Shown piece after piece: positions 1-13,500 of a stretch of DNA of 64,000 bases. The position numbers and the translations under genes were made by a program. Numbering within the stretch: position 1 is the first letter of the stretch; every line of letters begins with the position of its first letter. The notes under the pieces are model-generated. The model was not told where the DNA came from, searched no databases, and saw nothing but the letters and a program-made list of their open reading frames with translations. Origin of the DNA: Eledone cirrhosa (Eukaryota); assembly GCA_964016885.1 (NCBI GenBank), contig OZ024742.1, positions 13,330,001 to 13,394,000 of the forward strand, given 5' to 3'.

Positions 1-3000
1 AATACTGGAGGATCAGTTAAAATAAAATACTGGAGGATCAGTTAAAGGAAAATACTGGAGGATCAGTTAAATGAAAATACTGGAGGATCAGTTAAATCAA
101 ATACTGGAGGATCAGTTAAAGGAAAATACTGGAGGATTAGTTAAAGGAAAATACTGGAGGATCAGTTAAAGGAAAATACTGAAGGATCAGTTAAAGAAAA
201 TATTAGAGGATCAGTTAAAGTAAAATTCTGGGGGATCAGTTAAAATAAAATACTGGAGGATCAGTTAAAGGAAAATACTGCAGGATCAGTTAAATCAAAT
301 ACAGGAGGATCAGTTAAAGGTAAATACTGGAGGATCAGTTAAATGAAAATACTGGAGATTTAGTTAAAATAAAATACTGGAGGATCAGTTAAAAGAAAAT
401 ACTGGATGATCAGTTAAAGGAAAATACTGGAGGATCAGTTAAAGGAAAATACTGGAGGATCAGTTAAAATAAAATACTGAAGGTTCAATTAAAGGAAAAT
501 ACTGGAGGATCAGTTAAATAAAATACTGGAGGATCAGTTAAAGGAAAAGACAAAGGATCACTTAAAGGAAAATACTGGAGGAACAGTTAAAGTAAAATAC
601 TGGAGGATCAGTAAAAATAAATACTGGAGGATCAGTTAAAGGAAAATACTGGAGGATTAGTTAAAGGAAAATACTGGAGAATCAGTTAAAGGAAAATACT
701 GAAGGATCAGTTAAAGGAAAGTACTGAAGGAGCAGTTAAAGGAAAATACTGGAGGATCAGTTAAATCAAATACTGGAGGATCAGTTAAAGGAAAATACTG
801 AAGGAGCAGTTAAAGGAAAATACTGGAGGATCAGTTAAAGGCAAATACGGGAGGATCAGTTAAAGGAAAATAGTTGAGGATCAGTTAAAATAAAATACTG
901 GAGGAACAGTTAAAGTAAAATACTGGAGGATCAGTTAAAATAAAACACTGGAGGATCAGTAAAAGGAAAATAATGGAGGATCAGTTAAAATAAAATACTG
1001 GCGGATCAGTTAATGGAGAGTACTGGAAGATCAATTAAAGAAAATACTGGAGGATCAGATAAAGTAAAATACTGGACGATCAGTTAAAATAAAATACTTG
1101 AGGATCAGTTAAAGTAAAATACTGGAGGATCAGTTAAATCAAATACTGGAGGATCAGTTAAAGGGAAATATTTAAGGATCAGTTAAAGAAAATACTGGAG
1201 GATCAGTTAAAGGAAAATACTGGAGGATTAGTTAAAATAAAATACTAGAGGATCAGTTAAATGAAAATACTGGTGGATCAATTAAAGGAAAATACTGGAG
1301 GATCAGTTAAAGGAAAATACTGGAGGATCAGTTAAAATAAAATACTGAAGGATCAATTAAAGTAAAATACTGGAGGATCAGTTAAATAAAATACTGGAGG
1401 ATCAGTTAAAGGAAAAGACAAAGGATCAGTTAAAGGAAAATACTGGAGGAACAGTTAAAATAAAATACAGGAGGATCAGTTAAAGGAAAATACTGGAGGA
1501 TCAGTTAAAATAAAATACTAGAGGATCAGTTAAAGGAAAATACATCAGGATCAGTTAAAGGAAAATACTGGAGGATCAGTAAAAATAACGTACTGGAGGA
1601 TCAGTTAAAGGAAAATACTGGAGGATCAGATTAAACAAAATACTGGAGGATCAGTTAAAGGAAAATACTGTAGGATCAGCTAAAATTAAAATACTGGAGG
1701 ATCAGTTAAAGGAAAATACAGGAAGATCAGTTAAAGGAAAATACTGGAGGATCAGTTAAATAAAATACTGGAGGATCAGTTAAAGGAAAAGACAAAGGAT
1801 CAGTTAAAGGAAAATACTGGAGGATCAGTTAAAATAAAATACTGGAGGATCAGTTAAAGGCAAATACGGGAGGATCAGTTAAAGGAAAATACTTGAGGAT
1901 CAGTTAAAGGAAAATACTGGAGGATCAGTTAAAATAAAATACTGAAGGATCAATTAAAGGAAAATACTGGAGGATCAGTTAAATAAAATACTGGAGGATC
2001 AGTTAAAGGAAAATACAAAGGATCAGTTAAAGGAAAATACTGGAGGATCAGTTAAAATAAAATACTGAAGGATCAATTAAAGGAAAATACTGGAGGATCA
2101 GTTAAATAAAATACTGTAGGATCAGTAAAAGGAAAATACAAAGGATCAGCTAAAGGAAAATACTGGAGGATCAGTTAAAATAAAATACTGGAGGATCAGT
2201 TAAATCAAATACTGGAGTATCAGTTAAAGGAAAATACTGGAGGATTAGTTAAAATAAAATACTGGATGATCAGTTAAATGAAAATACTGGAGGATCAGTT
2301 AAAGGAAAATACTGGAGGATCAGTTAAAGGAAAATACTGGAGGATCAGTTAAAATAAAATACTGAAGGATCAATTAAAGGAAAATACTGGAGGATCAGTT
2401 AAATAAAATACTGGAGGATCAGTTAAAGGAAAATACAAAGGATCAGTTAAAGGAAAATACTGGAGGATCAGTTAAAATAAAATACTGGAGGATTAGTTAA
2501 AGGCAAATACGGGAGGATCAAATAAAGGAAAATACTTGAGGATCAGTTAAAATAAAATACTGGAGGATCAGTTAAAGTAAAATACTGGAGGATCAGTTAA
2601 AATAAAATACTGGAGGATCAGTTAATGGAAAGTACAGGAAGATCAGTTAAAGAAAATACTGGAGGATCAGTTAAAGTAAAATACTGGAGGATCAGTTAAA
2701 GGAAAATACTGGAGGATCAGTTAAAGGAAAATACTGGAGGATCAGTTAAATCAAATACTGGAGGATCAGTTAAAGGAAAATACTGAAGGATCAGTTAAAG
2801 GAAAATACTGGAGGATCAGTTAAAAGAAAATACTGGAGGATTAGTTAAAATAAAATACTGGAGGATCAGTTAAAGGAAAATACTGGAGGATCAGTTATAA
2901 TAAAATACTGGAGGAATATTTCAAGTAAAATACTGGAGGATCAGTAAAAATAAAATACTGGAGGATCAGTTAATGATAAATACTGGAGGATCAGTTAAAA

Positions 3001-3966
3001 TAAAATACTGGAGGATCAGTTAAAGGAAAATACTGGAGGATCAGTTAAAGGAAAATACTGGAGGATCAGATAAAGGAAAATTCTGGAGGATCAGTTAAAA
3101 TAAAATATTGGAGGATCAATTAAAGGAAAATATTGGCGGATCAGTAAAAATAAAATACTGGAGGATCAGTTAAAGGAAAATACTGGAGGATCAGTTAAAA
3201 TTAAATACTGGAGGATCAGTTAAAGGAAAATACTGAAGCATCAGTTAAAACAAAACACTGGAGTATCAGTTAAAGGAAAATACTGGAGGATCAGTTAAAA
3301 TAAAATACTGGAGTATCAGTTAAAGGAAAATACTGAAGGATCAGTTAAAATAAAATACTGGAGGATCAGTTAAAGGAAAAAACTGGAGGATCAGTAAAAA
3401 ATAACATACTGGAGGATCAGTTAAAGGAAAATACTGGAGGATCAGTTAAAATTAAATACTGGAGGATCAGTTAAAGTAAAATACTGGAGGATCAGTTAAA
3501 ATAAAAAAAACTGGAGGATCAGTAAAAGGAAAATACTGGAGGATCAGTTAAGATAAAATACTGGAGGATCAGTTAATGGAAAGTACTGGAAGATCAGTTA
3601 AAGAAAATACTGGAGGATCAGTTAAAGAAAAATACTGGAGGATCAGTTAAAATAAAATACTGGAGGATCAGTTAAATGAAAATACTGGAGGATCAGTTAA
3701 AGGAAAATACTGGAGGATAAGTTAAAGAAAAATACTGGAGGATCAGTTAAAGGGAAATATTTAAGGATTAGTTAAAGAAAATACTAGAGGATCAGTTAAG
3801 TAAAATACTGGATGATCAGTTAAAATAAAATACTGGGGGATCAATTAAAGGAAAATACTGGAGGATCAGTTAAATCAAATACTGGAGGATCAGTTAATGG
3901 TAAATACTGAAGGATCAGTTAATGGAAAATACTGGAGGATCAGTTAAAGGAAAATACTGGAGGATT

Positions 3967-6900
3967 AGTTAAAATAAAATACTGGATGATCAGTTAAATG
4001 AAAATACTGGAGGATCAGTTAAAGGAAAATACTGGAGGATCAGTTAAAGGAAAATACTGGAGGATCAGTTAAAATAAAATACTGAAGGATCAATTAAAGG
4101 AAAATACTGGAGGATCAGTTAAATACAATACTGGAGGATCAGTTAAAGGAAAATACAAAGGATAAGTTAAAGGAAAATACTGGAGGATCGGTTAAGATAA
4201 AATACTGGAGGATCAGTTAAAGGCAAATACGGGAGGATCAAATAAAGGAAAATACTTGAGGATCAGTTAAAATAAAATACTGGAGGATCAGTTAAAGTAA
4301 AATACTGGAGGATCAGTTAAAATAAAACACTGGAGGATCAGTAAAAGGAAAATACTGGAGGATCAATTAAAATAAAATACTGGAGGATCAGTTAATGGAA
4401 AGTACTGGAAGATCAGTTAAAGAAAATACTGGAGGATCAGTTAAAGTAAAATACTGGAGGATCAGTTAAAGGAAAATACTGGAGGATCAGTTAAAGGAAA
4501 ATACTGGAGGATCAGTTAAAGGAAAATACTGGAGGATCAGTTAAATCAAATACTGGAGGATCAGTTAAAGGGAAATATTTAAGGATCAGTTAAAGAAAAT
4601 ATTGGAGGATCAGTTAAGTAAAATACTGGAGGATCAATTAAAATAAAATACTGGAGGATCAGTTAGCGGAAAATACTGGAGGATCAGTTAAAGGAAAATA
4701 CTGGAGGATCAGTTAAATCAAATACTGGAGGATCAGTTAAAGGAAAATACTGAAGGATCAGTTAAAGGAAAATACTGGAGGATCAGTTAAAAGAAAATAC
4801 TGGAGGATTAGTTAAAATAAAATACTGGAGGATCAGTTAAAGGAAAATACTGGAGGATCAGTTATAATAAAATACTGGAGGAATATTTCAAGTAAAATAC
4901 TGGAGGATCAGTAAATATAAAATACTGGAGGATCAGTTAATGGTAAATACTGGAGGCTCAGTTAAAATAAAATACTGGAGGATCAGTTAAAGGAAAATAC
5001 TGGAGGATCAGTTAAAGGAAAATACTGGAGGATCAGATAAAGGAAAATTCTGGAGGATCAGTTAAAATAAAATACTGGAGGATCAATTAAAGGAAAATAT
5101 TGGCGGATCAGTAAAAATAAAATACTGGAGGATCAGTTAAAGGAAAATACTGGAGGATCAGTTAAAATTAAATACTGGAGGATCAGTTAAAGGAAAATAC
5201 TGAAGCATCAGTTAAAACAAAACACTGGAGTATCAGTTAAAGGAAAATACTGGAGGATCAGTTAAAATAAAATACTGGAGTATCAGTTAAAGGAAAATAC
5301 TGAAGGATCAGTTAAAATAAAATACTGGAGGATCAGTTAAAGGAAAAAACTGGAGGATCAGTAAAAAATAACATACTGGAGGATCAGTTAAAGGAAAATA
5401 CTGGAGGATCAGTTAAAATAAAATACTGGAGGATCAGTTAAAGTAAAATACTGGAGGATCAGTTAAAATAAAAAACTGGAGGATCAGTAAAAGGAAAATA
5501 CTGGAGGATCAGTTAAGATAAAATACTGGAGGATCAGTTAATGGAAAGTACTGGAAGATCAGTTAAAGAAAATACTGGAGGATCAGTTAAAATAAAATAC
5601 TGGAGGTTCAGTTAAAAGAAAATAATGGAGGATCAGTTAAAGGAAAATACTGGAGGATCAGTTAAAGAAAATTACTGGAGGATCAGTTAAAGGGAAATAT
5701 TTAAGGATTAGTTAAAGAAAATACTGGAGGATCAGTTAAGTAAAATACTGGATGATCAGTTGAAATAAAATACTGGGGGATCAATTAAAGGAAAATACTG
5801 GAGGATCAGTTAAATCAAATACTGGAGGATCAGTTAAAGGTAAATACTGAATGATCAGTTAATGGAAAATACTGGAGGATCAGTTAAAGGAAAATACTGG
5901 AGGATTAGTTAAAATAAAATACTGGATGATCAGTTAAATGAAAATACTGGAGGATCAGTTAAAGGAAAATACTGGAGGATCAGTTAAAGGAAAATACTGG
6001 AGGATCAGTTAAAATAAAATACTGAAGGATCAATTAAAGGAAAATACTGGAGGATCAGTTAAATAAAATACTGTAGGATCAGTAAAAGGAAAATACAAAG
6101 GATCAGCTAAAGGAAAATACTGGAGGATCAGTTAAAATAAAATACTGGAGGATCAGTTAAATCAAATACTGGAGTATCAGTTAAAGGAAAATACTGGAGG
6201 ATTAGTTAAAATAAAATACTGGATGATCAGTTAAATGAAAATACAGGAGGATCAGTTAAAGGAAAATACTGGAGGATCAGTTAAAGGAAAATACTGGAGG
6301 ATCAGTTAAAATAAAATACTGAAGGATCAATTAAAGGAAAATACTGGAGGATCAGTTAAATAAAATACTGGAGGATCAGTTAAAGGAAAATACAAAGGAT
6401 CAGTTAAAGGAAAATACTGGAGGATCAGTTAAAATAAAATACTGAAGGATCAGTTAAAGGCAAATACGGGAGGATCAAATAAAGGAAAATACTTGAGGAT
6501 CAGTTAAAATAAAATACTGGAGGATCAGTTAAAGTAAAATACTGGATGATCAGTTAAAATAAAACACTGGAGGATCAGTAAAAGGAAAATACTGGAGGAT
6601 CAGTTAAAATAAAATACTGGAGGATCAGTTAATGGAAAGTACAGGAAGATCAGTTAAAGAAAATACTGGAGGATCAGTTAAAGTAAAATACTGGAGGATC
6701 AGTTAAAGGAAAATACTGGAGGATCAATTAAAGGAAAATACTGGAGGATCAGTTAAAGGAAAATACTGGAGGATCCGTTAAATCAAATACTGGAGGATCA
6801 GTTAAAGGGAAATATTTAAGGATCAGTTAAAGAAAATATTGGAGGATCAGTTAAGTAAAATACTGGAGGATCAATTAAAATAAAATACTGGAGGATCAGT

Positions 6901-9900
6901 TAGAGGAAAATACTGGAGGATCAGTTAAAGGAAAATACTGGAGGATCAGTTAAATCAAATACTGGAGGATCAGTTAAAGGAAAATACTGAAGGATCAGTT
7001 AAAGGAAAATACTGGAGGATCAGTTAAAAGAAAATACTGGAGGATTAGTTAAAATAAAATACTGGAGGATCAGTTAAAGGAAAATACTGGAGGATCAGTT
7101 ATAATAAAATACTGGAGGAATATTTCAAGTAAAATACTGGAGGATCAGTAAAAATAAAATACTGGAGGATCAGTTAATGGTAAATACTGGAGGATCAGTT
7201 AAAATAAAATACTGGATGATCAGTTAAATGAAAATACTGGAGGATCAGTTAAAGGAAAATACTGGAGGATCAGTTAAAGGAAAATACTGGAGGATCAGTT
7301 AAAATAAAATACTGAAGGATCAATTAAAGGAAAATACTGGAGGATCAGTTAAATACAATACTGGAGGATCAGTTAAAGGAAAATACAAAGGATAAGTTAA
7401 AGGAAAATACTGGAGGATCAGTTAAGATAAAATACTGGAGGATCAGTTAAAGGCAAATACGGGAGGATCAAATAAAGGAAAATACTTGAGGATCAGTTAA
7501 AATAAAATACTGGAGGATCAGTTAAAGTAAAATACTGGAGGATCAGTTAAAATAAAACACTGGAGGATCAGTAAAAGGAAAATACTGGAGGATCAGTTAA
7601 AATAAAATACTGGAGGATCAGTTAATGGAAAGTACTGGAAGATCAGTCAAAGAAAATAGTGGAGGATCAGTTAAAGTAAAATACTGGAGGATCAGTTAAA
7701 GGAAAATACTGGAGGATCAGTTAAAGGAAAATACTGGAGGATCAGTTAAAGGAAAATACTGGAGGATCAGTTAAATCAAATACTGGAGGATCAGTTAAAG
7801 GGAAATATTTAAGGATCAGCTAAAGAAAATATTGGAGGATCAGTTAAGTAAAATACTGGAGGGTCAATTAAAATAAAATACTGGAGGATCATTTAGCGGA
7901 AAATACTGGAGGATCAGTTAAAGGAAAATACTGGAGGATCAGTTAAATCAAATACTGGAGGATCAGTTAAAGGAAAATACTGAAGGATCAGTTAAAGGAA
8001 AATACTGGAGGATCAGTTAAAAGAAAATACTGGAGGATTAGTTAAAATAAAATACTGGTGGATCAGTTAAAGGAAAATACTGGAGGATCAGTTATAATAA
8101 AATACTGGAGGAATATTTCAAGTAAAATACTGGAGGATCAGTAAAAATAAAATACTGGAGGATCAGTTAATGGTAAATACTGGAGGCTCAGTTAAAATGA
8201 AATACTGGAGGATCAGTTAAAGGAAAATACTGGAGGATCAGTTAAAGGAAAATACTGGAGGATCAGATAAAGGAAAATTCTGGAGGATCAGTTAAAATAA
8301 AATACTGGAGGATCAATTAAAGGAAAATATTGGCGGATCAGTAAAAATAAAATACTGGAGGATCAGTTAAAGGAAAATACTGGAGGATCAGTTAAAATTA
8401 AATACTGGAGGATCAGTTAAAGGAAAATACTGAAGCATCAGTTAAAACAAAACACTGGAGTATCAGTTAAAGGAAAATACTGGAGGATCAGTTAAAATAA
8501 AATACTGGAGTATCAGTTAAAGGAAAATACTGAAGGATCAGTTAAAATAAAATACTGGAGGATCAGTTAAAGGAAAAAACTGGAGGATCAGTAAAAAATA
8601 ACATACTGGAGGATCAGTTAAAGGAAAATACTGGAGGATCAGTTAAAATAAAATACTGGAGGATCAGTTAAAGTAAAATACTGGAGGATCAGTTAAAATA
8701 AAAAACTGGAGGATCAGTAAAAGGAAAATACTGGATGATCAGTTAAGATAAAATACTGGAGGATCAGTTAATGGAAAGTACTGGAAGATCAGTTAAAGAA
8801 AATACTGGAGGATCAGTTAAAGTAAAATACTGGAGGATCAGTTAAAATAAAATACTGGAGGATCAGTTAAAAGAAAATAATGGAGGATCAGTTAAAGGAA
8901 AATACTGGAGGATCAGTTAAAGAAAATTACTGGAGGATCAGTTAAAGGGAAATATTTAAGGATTAGTTAAAGAAAATACTGGAGGATCAGTTAAGTAAAA
9001 TACTGGATGATCAGTTGAAATAAAATACTGGGGGATCAATTAAAGGAAAATACTGGAGGATCAGTTAAATCAAATACTGGAGGATCAGTTAAAGGTAAAT
9101 ACTGAAGGATCAGTTAATGGAAAATACTGGAGGATCAGTTAAAGGAAAATACTGGAGGATTAGTTAAAATAAAATACTGGATGATCAGTTAAATGAAAAT
9201 ACTGGAGGATCAGTTAAAGGAAAATACTGGAGGATCAGTTAAAGGAAAATACTGGAGGATCAGTTAAAATAAAATACTGAAGGATCAATTAAAGGAAAAT
9301 ACTGGAGGATCAGTTAAATAAAATACTGGAGGATCAGTTAAAGGAAAATACAAAGGATCAGTTAAAGGAAAATACTGGAGGATCAGTTAAAATAAAATAC
9401 TGAAGGATCAATTAAAGGAAAATACTGGAGGATCAGTTAAATAAAATACTGTAGGATCAGTAAAAGGAAAATACAAAGGATCAGCTAAAGGAAAATACTG
9501 GAGGATCAGTTAAAATAAAATACTGGAGGATCAGTTAAATCAAATACTGGAGTATCAGTTAAAGAAAAATACTGGAGGATTAGTTAAAATAAAATACTGG
9601 ATGATCAGTTAAATGAAAATACTGGAGGATCAGTTAAAGGAAAATACTGGAGGATCAGTTAAAGGAAAATACTGGAGGATCAGTTAAAATAAAATACTGA
9701 AGGATCAATTAAAGGAAAATACTGGAGGATCAGTTAAATAAAATACTGGAGGATCAGTTAAAGGAAAATACAAAGGATCAGTTAAAGGAAAATACTGGAG
9801 GATCAGTTAAAATAAAATACTGAAGGATCAGTTAAAGGCAAATACGGGAGGATCAAATAAAGGAAAATACTTGAGGATCAGTTAAAATAAAATACTGGAG

Positions 9901-10594
9901 GATCAGTTAAAGTAAAATACTGGAGGATCAGTTAAAATAAAACACTGGAGGATCAGTAAAAGGAAAATACTGGAGGATCAGTTAAAATAAAATACTGGAG
10001 GATCAGTTAATGGAAAGTACAGGAAGATCAGTTAAAGAAAATACTGGAGGATCAGTTAAAGTAAAATACTGGAGGATCAGTTAAAGGAAAATACTGGAGG
10101 ATCAATTAAAGGAAAATACTGGAGGATCAGTTAAAGGAAAATACTGGAGGATCCGTTAAATCAAATACTGGAGGATCAGTTAAAGGGAAATATTTAAGGA
10201 TCAGTTAAAGAAAATATTGGAGGATCAGTTAAGTAAAATACTGGAGGATCAATTAAAATAAAATACTGGAGGATCAGTTAGAGGAAAATACTGGAGGATC
10301 AGTTAAAGGAAAATACTGGAGGATCAGTTAAATCAAATACTGGAGGATCAGTTAAAGGAAAATACTGAAGGATCAGTTAAAGGAAAATACTGGAGGATCA
10401 GTTAAAAGAAAATACTGGAGGATTAGTTAAAATAAAATACTGGAGGATCAGTTAAAGGAAAATACTGGAGGATCAGTTATAATAAAATACTGGAGGAATA
10501 TTTCAAGTAAAATACTGGAGGATCAGTAAAAATAAAATACTGGAGGATCAGTTAATGGTAAATACTGGAGGATCAGTTAAAATAAAATACTGGA
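3967..10594 (+). repeat. Tandem duplication of a ~3.2-3.4 kb higher-order block (two copies, junction near 7197)
   Basis: Rare variants occur in pairs. AAATACAATA is at 4121/7351 and the TTAGCGGA monomer at ~4661/7891 (offset 3230). TGAAATAAAATACTGGGGG is at 5761/9016 (3255), and GGATCCGTT is at 6771/10149 (3378). Confidence 0.85.
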
Positions 10595-13500
10595 GGATCA
10601 ATTAAAGGAAAATACTGGAGGATCAGTTAAAGGAAAATACTGGAGGATCAGATAAAGGAAAATTCTGGAGGATCAGTTAAAATAAAATACTGGAAGATCA
10701 ATTAAAGGAAAATATTGGCGGATCAGTAAAAATAAAATACTGGAGGATCAGTTAAAGGAAAATACTGGAGGATCAGTTAAAATAAAATACTGGAGGATCA
10801 GTTAATGGAAAGTACTGGAAGATCAGTTAAAGAAAATACTGGAGGATCAGTTAAAGTAAAATACTGGAGGATCAGTTAAAATAAAATACTGGAGGATCAG
10901 TTAAAGGAAAATACTGGAGGATCAGTTAAAGGAAAATACTGGAGGATCAGTTAAAATAAAATACTGGAGGATCAGTTAAAGGAAAATACTGGAGGATCAG
11001 TTAAAGGAAAATACTGGAGGATCAGTCAAAGAAAAATACTGGAGCATCAGTTAAAGGGAAATTGTTAAGGATCAGTTAAAGAAAATACTGGAGGATCAGT
11101 TAAGTAAAATACTGGAGGATCAGTTAAAATAAAATACTGGGGGATCAATTAAAGGAAAATACTGGAGGATCAGTTAAATCAAATACTGGAGGATCAGTTA
11201 AAGGTAAATACTGAAGGATCAGTTAATGGAAAATACTGGAGGATCAGTTAATGGAAAATACTGGAGGATCAGTTAAAGGAAAATACTGGAGGATCAGTTA
11301 AATGAAAATACTGGAGGATCAGTTAAAGGAAAATACTGGAGGATCAGTTAAAGGAAAATACTGGAGGATCAGTTAACATAAAATACTGAAGGATCAAATA
11401 AAGGAAAATACTGGAGGATCAGTTAAATAAAATACTGGAGGATCAGTTAAAGGAAAATACAAAGGATCAGTTAAAGGAAAATACTGGAGGATCAGTTAAA
11501 ATAAAATACTGGAGGATCAGTTAAAGGAAAATACAAAGGATCACCTAAATGAAAATACTGGAGGATCAGTTAAAATAAAATACTGGAGGGTCAGTTAAAG
11601 GCAAATACGGGAGGATCAAATAAAGAAAATACTGGAGGATCAGTTAAAGGAAAATACTGGAGGATTAGTTAAAGGAAAATACTGGAGAATCAGTTAAAGG
11701 AAAATACTGAAGGATCAGTTAAAGAAAATATTGGAGGATCAGTTAAATCAAATACTGGAGGATCAGTTAAAGGAAATACTTAAGGATCAGTTAAAGAAAA
11801 TATTGGAGGATCAGTTAAGTAAAATACTGGAGGATCAGTTAAAATAAAATACTGGAGGATCAGTAAAAGGAAAATACTTGAGGATCAGTTAAAGGAAAAT
11901 ACTGGAGGATCAGTTAAATCAAATACTGGAGGATCAGTTAAAGGAAAATACTGAAGGAGCAGTTAAAGGAAAATACTGGAGGATCAGTTAAATCAAATAC
12001 TGGAGGATCAGTTAAAGGAAAATACTGAAGGAGCAGTTAAAGGAAAATACTGGAGGATTAGTTAAAATAAAATACTGGAGGATCAGTAAAAATAAAATAC
12101 TGGAGGATCAGTTAATGGTAAATACTGGAGGATCAGTTAAAATAAAATACTGGAGGATCAGTTAAAGGAAAATACTGGAGGATCAGTTAAAGGAAAATAC
12201 TGGAGGATCAGATAAAGGAAAATTCTGGAGGATCAGTTAAAATAAAATACTGGAGGATCAATTAAAGGAAAATATTGGCGGATCAGTAAAAATAAAATAC
12301 TGGAGGATCAGTTAAAGGAAAATACTGGAGGATCAGTTAAAATTAAATACTGGAGGATCAGTTAAATAAAATACTGAAGCATCAGTTAAAACAAAACACT
12401 GGAGTATCAGTTAAGGAAAATACTGTAGGATCAGTTAAAATAAAATACTAGAGGATCAGTTAAAGGAAAATACTTCAGGATCAGTTAAAGGAAAATACTG
12501 GAGGATCAGTTAAAGGAAAATGCTGGAGGATCAGTTAAAATAAAATACTGGAGGATCAGTTAATGGAAAGTACTGGAAGATCAGTTAAAGAAAATACTGG
12601 AGGATCAGTTAAAGTAAAATACTGGAGGATCAGTTAAAATAAAATACTGGAGGACCAGTTAAAGGAAAATACTGGAGGATCAGTTAAAGGAAAATACTGG
12701 AGGATCAGTCAAAGAAAAATACTGGAGCATCAGTTAAAGGGAAATTGTTAAGGATCAGTTAAAGAAAATACTGGAGGATCAGTTAAGTAAAATACTGGAG
12801 GATCAGTTAAAATAAAATACTGGGGGATCAATTAAAGGAAAATACTGGAGGATCAGTTAAATCAAATACTGGAGGATCAGTTAAAGGTAAATACTGGAGG
12901 ATCAGTTAATGGAAAATACTGGAGGATCAGTTAATGGAAAATACTGGAGGATCAGTTAAAGGAAAATACTGGAGGATCAGTTAAATAAAATACTGGAGGA
13001 TCAGTTAAAGGAAAATACAAAGGATCAGTTAAAGGAAAATACTGGAGGATCAGTAAAAATAAAATACTGAAGGATCAATTAAAGGAAAATACTGGAGGAT
13101 CAGTTAAATAAAATACTGGAGGATCAGATAAAGGAAAATACAAAGGATCACCTAAAGGAAAATACTGGAGGATCAGTTAAAATAAAATACTGGAGGATTA
13201 GTTAAAGGCAAATACGGGAGGATCAAATAAAGGAAAATACTGGAGGATCAGTTAAAGGAAAATACTGGAGGATTAGTTAAAGGAAAATACTGGAGAATCA
13301 GTTAAAGGAAAATACTGAAGGATCAGTTAAAGAAAATATTGGAGGATCAGTTAAATCAAATACTGGAGGATCAGTTAAAGGGAAATACTTAAGGATCAGT
13401 TAAAGAAAATATTGGAGGATCAGTTAAGTAAAATACTGGAGGATCAGTTAAAATAAAATACTGGAGGATCAGTAAAAGGAAAATACTTGAGGATCAGTTA

